Of a stretch of 64,000 nucleotides of DNA, positions 1 to 9,280 are shown one piece after another. Source of the stretch: Fidelibacterota bacterium (GTDB lineage: Bacteria > Fidelibacterota > Marinisomatia > Marinisomatales > TCS55); the NCBI GenBank assembly GCA_027251445.1, contig JAPNQO010000079.1:32001-96000 (forward strand). The letters are read 5' to 3'. Below the pieces are notes generated by a model. The model saw nothing but the letters and a program-made list of their open reading frames with translations, did no database searches and was not told the origin of the DNA. Position 1 is the stretch's first letter. Each line of letters starts with the position of its first letter. The translations under genes and the position numbers were made by a program.

Positions 1-62
1 TTCTTTTTTTACTTATGGATATTTTGATGGTAATGAACTTTCATTGTTGAAATGGAAGGAAG

Positions 63-1202
63 ATGCAGCCTCTTAAACATATACTCCTTTTATTCTTAAC
101 TTTATTTATTTTCAGTAGTTGTTCATTAATTAAGAAAATATTCCCCGGCGATGAAGATGAAGGGCCTAGTGTTACTTTTGAACTAATAGACAAATTGAGA
201 ATAGCATATGAAGATGGACGAATTCAAGCATTGGAAGAATTAATTTCAATATATAATGATAGTAGTTTACCATTTGAAGCAAGAATAGAAGCTGGTCGAG
301 TTTTAGGAGAATCTCAACATCCAACAGCACTTAATGCTATTGCTCAGGCCGTTGCAAGTGGAGCGGCTTTAGATATAACGTTTATGGAAGAATCAATAAA
401 GTTATTAGCAAAGTTTAGAGAAAATCCAAAAGCAGCTGAAGCCATGATCCAAGGAATGGAGAATATTGAATTAAAAACAAACAGTTTACACATGACTTTA
501 GTAAGAAGTTTGAACAAAATTCGCGTTGAAGACCAGGTATTAGCTTTACTTGATCTGTATGAAATCGCACATGCAAATGTTGAACGTACTGATTTATTAT
601 TAACTGAAACATTGGGAGCTATTGGAACAGAAGAAGTTGTCCCTATTCTAGTAAGTATTGCAAAGAATACAAGTTTAAAGATTGGAGTAAGAAATCGTGC
701 TGTAGAAATACTTGGTAAAAAAGATCCTGCTGATGTTGCGAACGCTTTTGCTGAACTCTTAGATGACCCAGCTACTAATCTTGAAGTTCGAGAATTTGCA
801 TTGAAAACTATGAAAGGAGTTAGGCAAGAAAATTTAGTGTTAGCCCTTTTAAATACATATAATGCTGGTAGAGGTGAGTATTATAGTTTATTAAATACCT
901 TGCTAGAAGCGCTTGGAAACTTTGATGATCCTCAAGTTTTTAAAGCCATTATTGAGATTGGTTTGACTGAAGATTTACCACTTGATTTAAGAAAAAAAGC
1001 TATAGAAAGTCTAGGTGGATTAAATAATCCAAATGTTATACCTAGATTTTTACCACTTTTAGGCGATGCTAAAAATTATACTTTGCATGGTTCTATTATT
1101 CAAATGATTGGAAGGCTTGGTCAACAAGATTCTTATCATGAAGAATTACGTCGGCTAGCGTTTACAGCTCATATGAAAGAGAGTCAATATCTTGTACCAT
1201 AA
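63..1202 (+). CDS. HEAT-repeat lipoprotein
   Basis: Signal peptide with lipobox FSSC; repeated helical HEAT-like units (RIEAGRVLGE, RNRAVEILGK, REFALKTM, RKKAIESLGGL). Confidence 0.8.
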   Translation: MQPLKHILLLFLTLFIFSSCSLIKKIFPGDEDEGPSVTFELIDKLRIAYEDGRIQALEELISIYNDSSLPFEARIEAGRVLGESQHPTALNAIAQAVASGAALDITFMEESIKLLAKFRENPKAAEAMIQGMENIELKTNSLHMTLVRSLNKIRVEDQVLALLDLYEIAHANVERTDLLLTETLGAIGTEEVVPILVSIAKNTSLKIGVRNRAVEILGKKDPADVANAFAELLDDPATNLEVREFALKTMKGVRQENLVLALLNTYNAGRGEYYSLLNTLLEALGNFDDPQVFKAIIEIGLTEDLPLDLRKKAIESLGGLNNPNVIPRFLPLLGDAKNYTLHGSIIQMIGRLGQQDSYHEELRRLAFTAHMKESQYLVP

Positions 1203-1989
1203 AAGAATATTGTTTTTATTAATTATCAATTTTTTAATTGGTCAAGACACTACTATGACAGATAATAAAACGAGTGAAGCATTAATTGATACAAGTATGC
1301 TTGATACTAGTCTAATACCAATTCCAAGTTTGCGTGATGATAAGGATACTCTATCTCTTCTACCGGTTGGTAAACCATTTTTTAATTACGATTCAGATAT
1401 TAAAGAATTACAAAGTCAAATTGATTCACTCAGAGCAATGGTAAGCCTTCTTCAAAAGTTTCAATCGATGCCAACATTAAATCAAGATATCATCAATCTC
1501 ATCAAAGTTCCTGATATGCAACATAGAATAGAATTGACAAATGGGACAGTAGTTATGGGTGAAATTATTGATGAAAATTCAGATGAATTATTTATTCAGA
1601 CGACTCTAGGACGTTTGGCAATAACTAAAGATAAAGTTATTTCGGTTCAACAGGAGCTTCCTCCCGGTCCAAAAGTTGAACTAGTAGGCGAACCAAATGT
1701 AAATGTATTTCCAGATAGAGAAGAAATTATTGGTACAGTTATTAATACTGGGGAGATAAGAGCTGATTTTGTACGAACAGAGGCTAAGCTTTGGTCTCCC
1801 TCAACTAAATTGATTGTAGTTGATTCTGCATTTGTAGATGGTAATATGATAACATATAAATCTGGTGTTATTAGCGATACTTCTCTTAACCCTGGAGAAA
1901 CTGCTAGCTTCAAAATAACAATTCAAAAACCAAGTATACCAGAAGTTGGATATAGAACTTATGCAATCCGTTGGGTTCGTACTTTTTAA
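1192..1989 (+). CDS. Secreted hypothetical protein with a coiled coil, a small Sm-like beta domain and a C-terminal FxLYD/DUF3426-like Ig-like domain
   Basis: TTG start overlapping the upstream stop; signal peptide; IKELQSQIDSLRAMV coil; IELTNGTVVMGEI motif; IIGTVINTG...SLNPGETASFKI pattern. Confidence 0.6.
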   Translation: MYHKRILFLLIINFLIGQDTTMTDNKTSEALIDTSMLDTSLIPIPSLRDDKDTLSLLPVGKPFFNYDSDIKELQSQIDSLRAMVSLLQKFQSMPTLNQDIINLIKVPDMQHRIELTNGTVVMGEIIDENSDELFIQTTLGRLAITKDKVISVQQELPPGPKVELVGEPNVNVFPDREEIIGTVINTGEIRADFVRTEAKLWSPSTKLIVVDSAFVDGNMITYKSGVISDTSLNPGETASFKITIQKPSIPEVGYRTYAIRWVRTF

Positions 1990-2084
1990 TTCTTTTTATT
2001 TGATTCTATTAAATTAATTAATAATTATCTTTTAGTTTATTACCATAAGTTATTTTCTATTTTATATAAATTATAGGCAATGAC

Positions 2085-2113
2085 TTGTATTTCCTTTGTA
2101 TTGTTAATATTTT
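2085..2113 (+). promoter_or_regulatory. Putative sigma70-type promoter of the bactofilin operon
   Basis: TTGTAT-N17-TATTTT; the AT-rich context weakens the call. Confidence 0.4.
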
Positions 2114-2122
2114 AGAGTAATG

Positions 2123-2156
2123 ATTTTTAATCATAAACATATATATGATTAAAAAT
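2123..2156. promoter_or_regulatory. Perfect 13-bp inverted repeat (operator or 5'UTR hairpin)
   Basis: ATTTTTAATCATA (2123-2135), 8-nt spacer, TATGATTAAAAAT (2144-2156). Confidence 0.6.
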
Positions 2157-2199
2157 GCATAATAACCGAGGTAAAAAGGGAAATATTCAGGAGTAATTT

Positions 2200-2538
2200 A
2201 TGTCTGACCCTATTAGTAATATTGAGGGAGATATCCGTGTAAATGGTACTTTATCATGTGATGGAGACCTTATTATAGATGGACAATTAGAAGGTGAATT
2301 ATCTGTAAAAGGGAACCTAACCATTACAGAGATAGGTAATGTTGCTGCAGATACTCAAGCTTCTAGATTAACTGTATCCGGAAAACTTAAAGGAAAAGTT
2401 AATGCAGATAATGGTGTTTTGATAAAATCGACAGCGAGCGTCTTAGGGCCAATTGAAACAAATCAAATCATAATTGAAGATGGAGCCGACTATTCGGGTA
2501 CAGTAAATATGAATGTTGAATTACCAAAAGACCTATAA
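2200..2538 (+). CDS. Bactofilin (DUF583/CcmA family), BacN-like
   Basis: Beta-helix repeats (GDLIIDGQLEG, VSGKLKGKV, IIIEDGADYSG); AGGAG RBS. Confidence 0.93.
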   Translation: MSDPISNIEGDIRVNGTLSCDGDLIIDGQLEGELSVKGNLTITEIGNVAADTQASRLTVSGKLKGKVNADNGVLIKSTASVLGPIETNQIIIEDGADYSGTVNMNVELPKDL

Positions 2539-2563
2539 CTATTTTGAGAGGTATTAATTAATT

Positions 2564-2878
2564 ATGCCAAAAACAACTATTGGAAAATCATTATTTCTCG
2601 ATGGTGAATTAACCGGAAAAGATGGTTTAATCATTAAAGGTAAACTTAATGGAAATATAAAAGTTGAAGGAAGTATTTTAGTAGAAAAAGATGCTATTGT
2701 AAAAGCTGATATTCATGCAAATAATGTAAAAATATCAGGTGAGGTCAAAGGCAACATTTCTTCAACGGGTAACGTGCATTATATGGAAGACTCTACTGTA
2801 ACTGGAGATACAAAAACTTCAAGAATACTTATTGAGGATGGGGCAACGATCAAAGGAAGTGTTCATATTAACATCTAA
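2564..2878 (+). CDS. Bactofilin, BacO-like
   Basis: TTIGKSLFLDGELTG, ISGEVKGNI, ILIEDGATIKG; GAGAGG RBS. Confidence 0.93.
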   Translation: MPKTTIGKSLFLDGELTGKDGLIIKGKLNGNIKVEGSILVEKDAIVKADIHANNVKISGEVKGNISSTGNVHYMEDSTVTGDTKTSRILIEDGATIKGSVHINI

Positions 2879-2884
2879 AATAAA

Positions 2885-3283
2885 ATGAATAAAAAAGTTC
2901 AAGAAAATATTACTACTCTTCATAAAGATATTTCATTTAATGGAAAACTAGTTGGAGATGAAGATATAATTATATCTGGTCGTTTGGAGGGTGTTCTTCA
3001 AACATCTCAAAATTTAACTATAGAAAAGTCAGGTATAGTTAAAGCAGATATAAAATCTATAAATCTTGTTTTAAGTGGAACTTTAGTTGGTAATGTTAAT
3101 TCTAAAGGAACAGTAATAATTAATAAATCAGGTCGTATGGTTGGAGATATTAAATCTGATAAAATAATTATAAATGCAGGAGCCCAATACAAAGGTACTA
3201 TCCTTACTAAAGGTAGTTCAAAAGTCAGAAGCACACAAAAAATTTCTCCTAAGAAAAATTCTAGATTAAAAACTAAACGTTAA
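2885..3283 (+). CDS. Bactofilin with basic C-terminal tail, BacP-like
   Basis: GDEDIIISGRLEG, SGIVKADI, GRMVGDI; Lys/Arg-rich tail. Confidence 0.93.
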   Translation: MNKKVQENITTLHKDISFNGKLVGDEDIIISGRLEGVLQTSQNLTIEKSGIVKADIKSINLVLSGTLVGNVNSKGTVIINKSGRMVGDIKSDKIIINAGAQYKGTILTKGSSKVRSTQKISPKKNSRLKTKR

Positions 3284-3314
3284 TTTCTATACAGGGTAGC
3301 CTCCCTTAATAACC

Positions 3315-3342
3315 TTGCAATTATATATTATATTTGTATGAT
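3315..3342 (+). promoter_or_regulatory. Putative promoter of the PilM-like gene
   Basis: TTGCAA-N16-TATGAT; also contains TATATTTG (3329-3336), a Bacteroidetes-like -7 element. Confidence 0.4.
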
Positions 3343-3396
3343 TTTATGAAATTGTATTATAATCAGAAATAAACAGGTGTTTCACTTAAAATAATT

Positions 3397-5193
3397 ATGA
3401 TAAGTCTCATACTATCTGAAAATCACATTCACTATGCTCAATGGGATACAATAGCTGGTTCACAATCAATTGACTTAGTTGGCTCTCTTCCTTTAAAAAC
3501 TCCTCTTTCAGAGTTTAAGCCAGGGACTGAAGAGTTTACAGCAATGCTTGGAAATGAATTTAGCAAATTATCCATGCATATTGATATGGTTGGTAAAGAA
3601 ATTCTGTTAACAATCCCTGATTGGATTGTACATCAAGAATTTATTACTCTAGATAAGGACTTAATAGCTCCAGAAACAAGACAATATCTTGAGTGGATTT
3701 CTGAAAATAGATGGGGAGGAAAAGCATCTCATTTCAATACGTTAGGGTATTGGATTAAATCTGATAAACTAGATAAAAATTATGTAAGAAAGACATTAAT
3801 ACCATCAAATGTGGTTGGAACTCTTAAGCTAACTATAGCTGAACAGGGTGCTAAACCTACATGGATGGGAACTAACTCAGAAGCTCTATTAAACGCTCAA
3901 GATAAAGGTGATATTATATTAGTGAAATCTTCTGGTTTATCGTATGAACTATTTTACAGATACAAACAAGAAGTAGGTTGGGCAAAAATTCGATTTATAA
4001 AAAAGGTTCCTCACATCCAATCCATTAGGGGTCGTAAGCGCTCAATAAATACATTATTAAAAAGGTTAGACCTGTATTTAAAAGGTGAATCAGATTGGCT
4101 CGGTTATGATATAGCTTATATTAATCAACTTAGTGCTGGTAGACGAAAATATTGGGAACGTGAAGGACAATATACTGACTCACCAATGCTGCAACCTTTT
4201 GACAGAGTGAATCTGAGTGGAGAAGTGTCATTTGAAAATCTTTCCGTTCTTCATTTAAATGTGCTTACTTCAATTATAGGAACAATAGATAAGCTTCCTT
4301 TAATTAATTTATTTAACGAACCAGGTATTACACAATATGAAGAGGGGATGGAAATACCTCAAATTGAATCAGAACAAAAAGAAGAAGAATTTATTTCAGA
4401 TGTTAAACAACTTGAAAAAAATAAAGAAGATACAGAAACCGAAAAACCTGTTACTCAAAGCTCTATAGTTACATGGACATTATTTACAATTGCTGTGATA
4501 GCTTTTGCATATTGGATATTTTCTAAAGAATATCCTCAAACAATTAACTATAGGGATCATATCCTAAAATTATCAAAAGAATCATATTCAATGGCTACTA
4601 CAGTCAACTCAATTATTAATGGAATACCTGATAGCTCTTTGATTGAAGCTAAAGTTTTAAATATGACACTGCATTTAGAAATAGCAAACAATGATACTAT
4701 TAATCCTATTTTATTAATAAATGGAAATGAAATTTCTTTTTACCAAGACCAATTATTCTGTTGCAGTGGAACTAAAAATATTTATGATTATATCTTGTAT
4801 ACAAATGATCAACAAGCTGATAAAAATTGGTTAACTATAGAAGATTTAAAAATAATCTTTGAAGATTATCCAATAGACACTGAAATTGAAGATTTATCAA
4901 TGACAAATCGAAATTTCTTAGCTTTTGATAGATTAAAGATTGTAGCTAATAATAAAGATGATCTGATAAGGGCATTAGAACTATCAACAAACTTGAGTGA
5001 AAATATCTTATTGAGAAAAATTGTAGTAACAAACAACCCTGAAGAACCAAAAATCAGGGGAAATCTATATATTGCAGTTATAAGAGAACCATCTTCAGGG
5101 TTCTGGGTCTTTAATATTCAAAATGGTATAAATAATATTAAAGATCTTATTGTCAATTTTGACTTAAGGGCTATAATAAATAAAATTAATTAG
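3397..5193 (+). CDS. Bitopic membrane protein with an N-terminal degenerate PilM/GspL-like actin-fold domain
   Basis: PilM-like pattern (KEILLTIPDWIVHQEFITL...YLEW...GAKPTWMGTNSEALLN); acidic linker; single TM (IVTWTLFTIAVIAFAYWIF); about 220-aa periplasmic part. Confidence 0.55.
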   Translation: MISLILSENHIHYAQWDTIAGSQSIDLVGSLPLKTPLSEFKPGTEEFTAMLGNEFSKLSMHIDMVGKEILLTIPDWIVHQEFITLDKDLIAPETRQYLEWISENRWGGKASHFNTLGYWIKSDKLDKNYVRKTLIPSNVVGTLKLTIAEQGAKPTWMGTNSEALLNAQDKGDIILVKSSGLSYELFYRYKQEVGWAKIRFIKKVPHIQSIRGRKRSINTLLKRLDLYLKGESDWLGYDIAYINQLSAGRRKYWEREGQYTDSPMLQPFDRVNLSGEVSFENLSVLHLNVLTSIIGTIDKLPLINLFNEPGITQYEEGMEIPQIESEQKEEEFISDVKQLEKNKEDTETEKPVTQSSIVTWTLFTIAVIAFAYWIFSKEYPQTINYRDHILKLSKESYSMATTVNSIINGIPDSSLIEAKVLNMTLHLEIANNDTINPILLINGNEISFYQDQLFCCSGTKNIYDYILYTNDQQADKNWLTIEDLKIIFEDYPIDTEIEDLSMTNRNFLAFDRLKIVANNKDDLIRALELSTNLSENILLRKIVVTNNPEEPKIRGNLYIAVIREPSSGFWVFNIQNGINNIKDLIVNFDLRAIINKIN

Positions 5194-5197
5194 TTTT

Positions 5198-6109
5198 TTA
5201 TTTTAACAGGGTAACCATAATTGCATTTTGTATATGTAAACGGTTCTCAGCTTGATCAAAAACAATTGAGTAATCAGCTTCCATTACCTCATCAGTTACT
5301 TCTCTTCCTCTCTCAGCAGGTAAACAATGCATAAACTTTGCATTTTCTCCTGCCTGTGACATTATAGTATGATTTATTTGAAAGGGTTGGAAAATTTCTT
5401 CTCTAATTGCTACTTCCTCTTTCTGACCCATAGATGCCCAAACATCAGTATAAATAACATCAGAATTATTAATTGAATCAAGAGGGTCATTTGTTACAGT
5501 AATTTTTGATAAAGCGATTTCAGTTGATTTATCCAAAGTGTTTTTATCTGGTTCATATCCTGCTGGACATGCGCAAACAAAATCAATTGGAAATTTTTGT
5601 GTTAATTCTAGCCAAGAATGGACAATATTATTTCCATCACCCAGGTAAGAAATTTTTAAATCATCTAAAGACCCCCTGTGTTCCCAGATAGTAAATAAAT
5701 CACTCATTATTTGACATGGATGATTATAATCAGTTAAACCATTAATAACTGGAATACTTGAACTACTTGCAAGATCAAGCATATGTTTATGATCAAATAA
5801 TCTGGCCATAACTAAATCATTATATCGACTTAATAATCTTCCAATATCTTTTATTGCTTCTCTTTTACCAATACCAATATCATTTGGTCCAAGAAATAAT
5901 GCATGTCCACCTAGCCATTCAAACCCTGTTTCGAATGATATTCTTGTTCTAGCTGAAGGCTTAGCAAAAATCATAGCTAGAGATCTGTTAGAAAAAACTT
6001 TATAATTTTCACGATTGCGAAATTTTTCCTTTAAATCTTTTGCTAGATTCATTATATCTAATAACTCATCAGATGAAAAATCATTAATATGTAAAAAATG
6101 ATTATTCAT
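5198..6109 (-). CDS. argF: Ornithine carbamoyltransferase
   Basis: FAKPSARTR, HPCQ, DVWASMG, HCLP, QAENR motifs. Confidence 0.95.
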   Translation of the reverse strand: MNNHFLHINDFSSDELLDIMNLAKDLKEKFRNRENYKVFSNRSLAMIFAKPSARTRISFETGFEWLGGHALFLGPNDIGIGKREAIKDIGRLLSRYNDLVMARLFDHKHMLDLASSSSIPVINGLTDYNHPCQIMSDLFTIWEHRGSLDDLKISYLGDGNNIVHSWLELTQKFPIDFVCACPAGYEPDKNTLDKSTEIALSKITVTNDPLDSINNSDVIYTDVWASMGQKEEVAIREEIFQPFQINHTIMSQAGENAKFMHCLPAERGREVTDEVMEADYSIVFDQAENRLHIQNAIMVTLLK

Positions 6110-6955
6110 TTATTTATTTAGAGTTTCAAATAAATTTGAATTTGAAGGAAGAACTAAAGTAGTTTTTTTATCTATTATTTTCTTATAGGCTTCTAGTGAT
6201 CTATAAAACTCATAGAACTCTGGATCTTTAGAAAAGGCTTTAGCATATATATCTACAGCTTTTGCTTCCCCCTCTCCTTTTATTTCTTCTGCTTCCTTGT
6301 ATGCATTAGCTAATATAATTGTCTTGTCTTTATCAGTTGAAGCTTTGATTTTCTGAGATTCTTCTTCTCCTTCTGACCTAAATTTATTTGCTTGGCGGAT
6401 TCTCTCTGCTTGCATCCTTCTATATATTGATTCTTCGTTATTCTGTGGTAAGTCAACTCTCTTCAAGCGTACATCTACAACTTCAATTCCATATGGTTTT
6501 GTTGCTATAGCACTTTGCTTAGTTACGGTCTCCATAATTATTTCTCTATTTTCTGTTATTATCTCAGACATAAAATGAGTACCTAATTCTCTTCGTAATT
6601 CTGAATAGACTATATCATCAATACGAGTTTTTGCTATAGGTTCAGTTTGAACAGTCTGAAGAAATAAAAGAGGATCGATTATCTTCCAACGAACATAGTT
6701 ATCAACAATCAAAGATTTTTTATCTTTACTCAATATTTCTTCTGGGGGAACATCATATTCTAGCAGACGCTTATCAAAACTTTGGGCAACTTGTATGGGC
6801 GCTGGCAATTTAAAATTTAATCCCGGCTCCTTAATTATGCGGACTGGTTGTCCAAATTGTAATATCACAACTTGCTCTGTTTCATCAATTGTAAAAACTG
6901 TACTTAAAGTTCCAACAACTAATAAAATAATTAAAATAAGAAATAATCTTTTCAT
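6110..6955 (-). CDS. hflC: FtsH modulator HflC
   Basis: N-terminal TM, SPFH domain, YRRMQAER, DPEFYEFYRSLEAY. Confidence 0.95.
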   Translation of the reverse strand: MKRLFLILIILLVVGTLSTVFTIDETEQVVILQFGQPVRIIKEPGLNFKLPAPIQVAQSFDKRLLEYDVPPEEILSKDKKSLIVDNYVRWKIIDPLLFLQTVQTEPIAKTRIDDIVYSELRRELGTHFMSEIITENREIIMETVTKQSAIATKPYGIEVVDVRLKRVDLPQNNEESIYRRMQAERIRQANKFRSEGEEESQKIKASTDKDKTIILANAYKEAEEIKGEGEAKAVDIYAKAFSKDPEFYEFYRSLEAYKKIIDKKTTLVLPSNSNLFETLNK

Positions 6956-7926
6956 TACTTTGCTCCTTTCGTCCCAGTAAGATTTAAAAGATTTAATAAA
7001 TTGCCATCTTCTCCATTTGGAACAATATATTTATCTATTCCTGGAAGTATCTCTTCCATAGCTTCCAAATATAGCCTTTCTTTCGTTACTTCTTTTGCTT
7101 TGGTATATTCTTTAACAATAGCTTTAAACTTAGCAACATCTCCTTCAGCTCTTTTAATTCTTGATTCACGAAATCCTTCCGATTCACGAATCATAGCTTG
7201 AGCTTGTCCTCTCGCCTTTGGTATTACATCATTCCTATATCCTTCAGCTTCATTAATCATTCTATTTTTATCCTCTTTGGCTGATGCAACATCTTTAAAA
7301 GCATCTATGACCTGCTTTGGTGGACTAACATCCTGTAATTGAACTGCAACAACAATAACTCCAGTTTCATATTTATCTAATATTATTTGAAGTAGTTCTT
7401 TCGTTTCTTCTTGAATCATTAATTTTCCAGAAGTTAGTGCTTCATCAATATTATGCCTTCCTATTACCGTTCTTAAAGATGCCTCAGATGCTTCGCGTAA
7501 AGTTAGTTCTGGTCCAATAAAATTAAATAAGTAATCTATTGGATCTTTGATCTTGTACTGAACAATCAATTCTGCATCCACAATATTTTCATCACCTGTT
7601 AACATTAAACTCTCTTGCTCAATGGTTCTATATTGATTCTTCCCAACAGTTCTGAAACCTATTTCAATTCTCTTGACTTCAGTTACCTTAGGAGTTTTTA
7701 CTGTCTCAATAGGATAGGGTATATGATAATTTAAGCCTGAGCCTACAACTCGATTATATTTTCCAAATCTTTGCACTACGCCAACTTCATCCGGGCCGAC
7801 TGAATACAAACCTAATAACAACCATATAACTATTGCTATTCCAATTGTTGGTAAAACGCCCATTGATAATAATTTATCTGGGACACTTATTTCACTGTCT
7901 CCAATTATTATTCTTTTTGCTGCCAT
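6955..7926 (-). CDS. hflK: FtsH modulator HflK
   Basis: MLTGDENIV, PPKQVIDAFKDV, ERLYLEAME; TAAGGAG RBS. Confidence 0.95.
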   Translation of the reverse strand: MAAKRIIIGDSEISVPDKLLSMGVLPTIGIAIVIWLLLGLYSVGPDEVGVVQRFGKYNRVVGSGLNYHIPYPIETVKTPKVTEVKRIEIGFRTVGKNQYRTIEQESLMLTGDENIVDAELIVQYKIKDPIDYLFNFIGPELTLREASEASLRTVIGRHNIDEALTSGKLMIQEETKELLQIILDKYETGVIVVAVQLQDVSPPKQVIDAFKDVASAKEDKNRMINEAEGYRNDVIPKARGQAQAMIRESEGFRESRIKRAEGDVAKFKAIVKEYTKAKEVTKERLYLEAMEEILPGIDKYIVPNGEDGNLLNLLNLTGTKGAK

Positions 7927-7942
7927 GTTATCTCCTTATTTA

Positions 7943-9280
7943 TTAAATCTTTTTTCGTAATCGAGCCACTGGCAAGTTCAATTGATCACGATATTTTGCT
8001 ACAGTTCTTCTTGCAATTGAATATCCAAATTTTAATAATGATTCTTTTAAATCATCATCACTTAACGGATTATTCTTGTCTTCATTATCAATAATTTTCT
8101 TTAATGTTAATTTAACTTTACTTACACTTATTTTTTCACCATCAAATCGAAGATGATTTTCTGTAAAAAAATATTTCAATTCAAATATACCGTATGGAGT
8201 TTCTACATACTTTCCTCTTGTAGCACGACTTATAGTAGATACATCTAATCCAATAATATCCGATATATCTTTAAGTCTCATAGGTTTAAGCGTGTCAATA
8301 TTTCCATTAAAGAATTCTTGTTGATAAATAATTATCTGTTGCATTACCATGTAAAGCGTCTTTCTGCGCTGATCAATAGCTTCAATAACCCATTTTGCTT
8401 TATTAAAATTATTTTTTAGAAAACTCTTTGTCTTCTTATTATGAGCATCTAAATCACTTATCATATCTTTATATGTTTTGCTTATATTTATTGGCGGGAT
8501 CCAACTATCATTTACAATAATGTCCCATTGGTTACTTCTTTTATTTAAAATTAAATCAGGAATTATTGACTCATCATTAACATATTGTAAACCAAGGCCT
8601 GGTTTCGGGTTTAATTTTGATAATTTTTTAATGGAAATGGAAAGTTCTTTAGGTGAAATATTTTCTTTTCTAGATATTCGATTATATCTTTTATTGATAA
8701 AATCCTCAAAATATTCATTTATTATTTTATATTCAAATGAATCTCTATTATCATCTAATTGTAATATTAAACATTGCTGTAAATCCTTTGAAGCTAACCC
8801 TGGCGGATCAAGGTGTTGAACTTTATATAAAATATGATTTATTTCTTTTTCAGTTTTTCCATATCGATCAGCAATTAAAAATAAATCAATAGATAAATAA
8901 CCTCTATCATCTAGGTTATAAATGATTTCTTCTGCTATTGATTTTTCAACAGGTTTTAAGTCAAGATCATGTATTTGATCAATTATCTTTTCCAGCAGGT
9001 TTTTTTCTGCAGAAATCTGAAAAGAATTATCTTTTTTAGGCTCATAAATTTGATTGGCTTCATAAATATCATCCCAATCATCATTTTCATCCTCTTTCAA
9101 ATTTGATTCACTATCATCTCTAACTGTTTCAGAAGGCTCAAGAATAGGATTTTTTTCAAATTCTTCTAAAATATATTTATCTAAGCTAGAATTATTTAAT
9201 TGTAATAATGTTGCTTCTAAAATTTGTTGGGGTGATAGACTTTGTTTTTGCTGTAATTCTTGCTTAAGCATAATAATCAA
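7943..9280 (-). CDS. rpoN: RNA polymerase sigma-54 factor
   Basis: Gln/Leu-rich region I; HTH STISRA; RpoN box ARRTVAKYR. Confidence 0.97.
   Translation of the reverse strand: MIIMLKQELQQKQSLSPQQILEATLLQLNNSSLDKYILEEFEKNPILEPSETVRDDSESNLKEDENDDWDDIYEANQIYEPKKDNSFQISAEKNLLEKIIDQIHDLDLKPVEKSIAEEIIYNLDDRGYLSIDLFLIADRYGKTEKEINHILYKVQHLDPPGLASKDLQQCLILQLDDNRDSFEYKIINEYFEDFINKRYNRISRKENISPKELSISIKKLSKLNPKPGLGLQYVNDESIIPDLILNKRSNQWDIIVNDSWIPPINISKTYKDMISDLDAHNKKTKSFLKNNFNKAKWVIEAIDQRRKTLYMVMQQIIIYQQEFFNGNIDTLKPMRLKDISDIIGLDVSTISRATRGKYVETPYGIFELKYFFTENHLRFDGEKISVSKVKLTLKKIIDNEDKNNPLSDDDLKESLLKFGYSIARRTVAKYRDQLNLPVARLRKKI

Noticed and set aside
2074..2090. Sigma-54 promoter AGGCAATGACTTGT upstream of the bactofilins
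   Set aside because: Spacing is off by one and the -12 GC is missing
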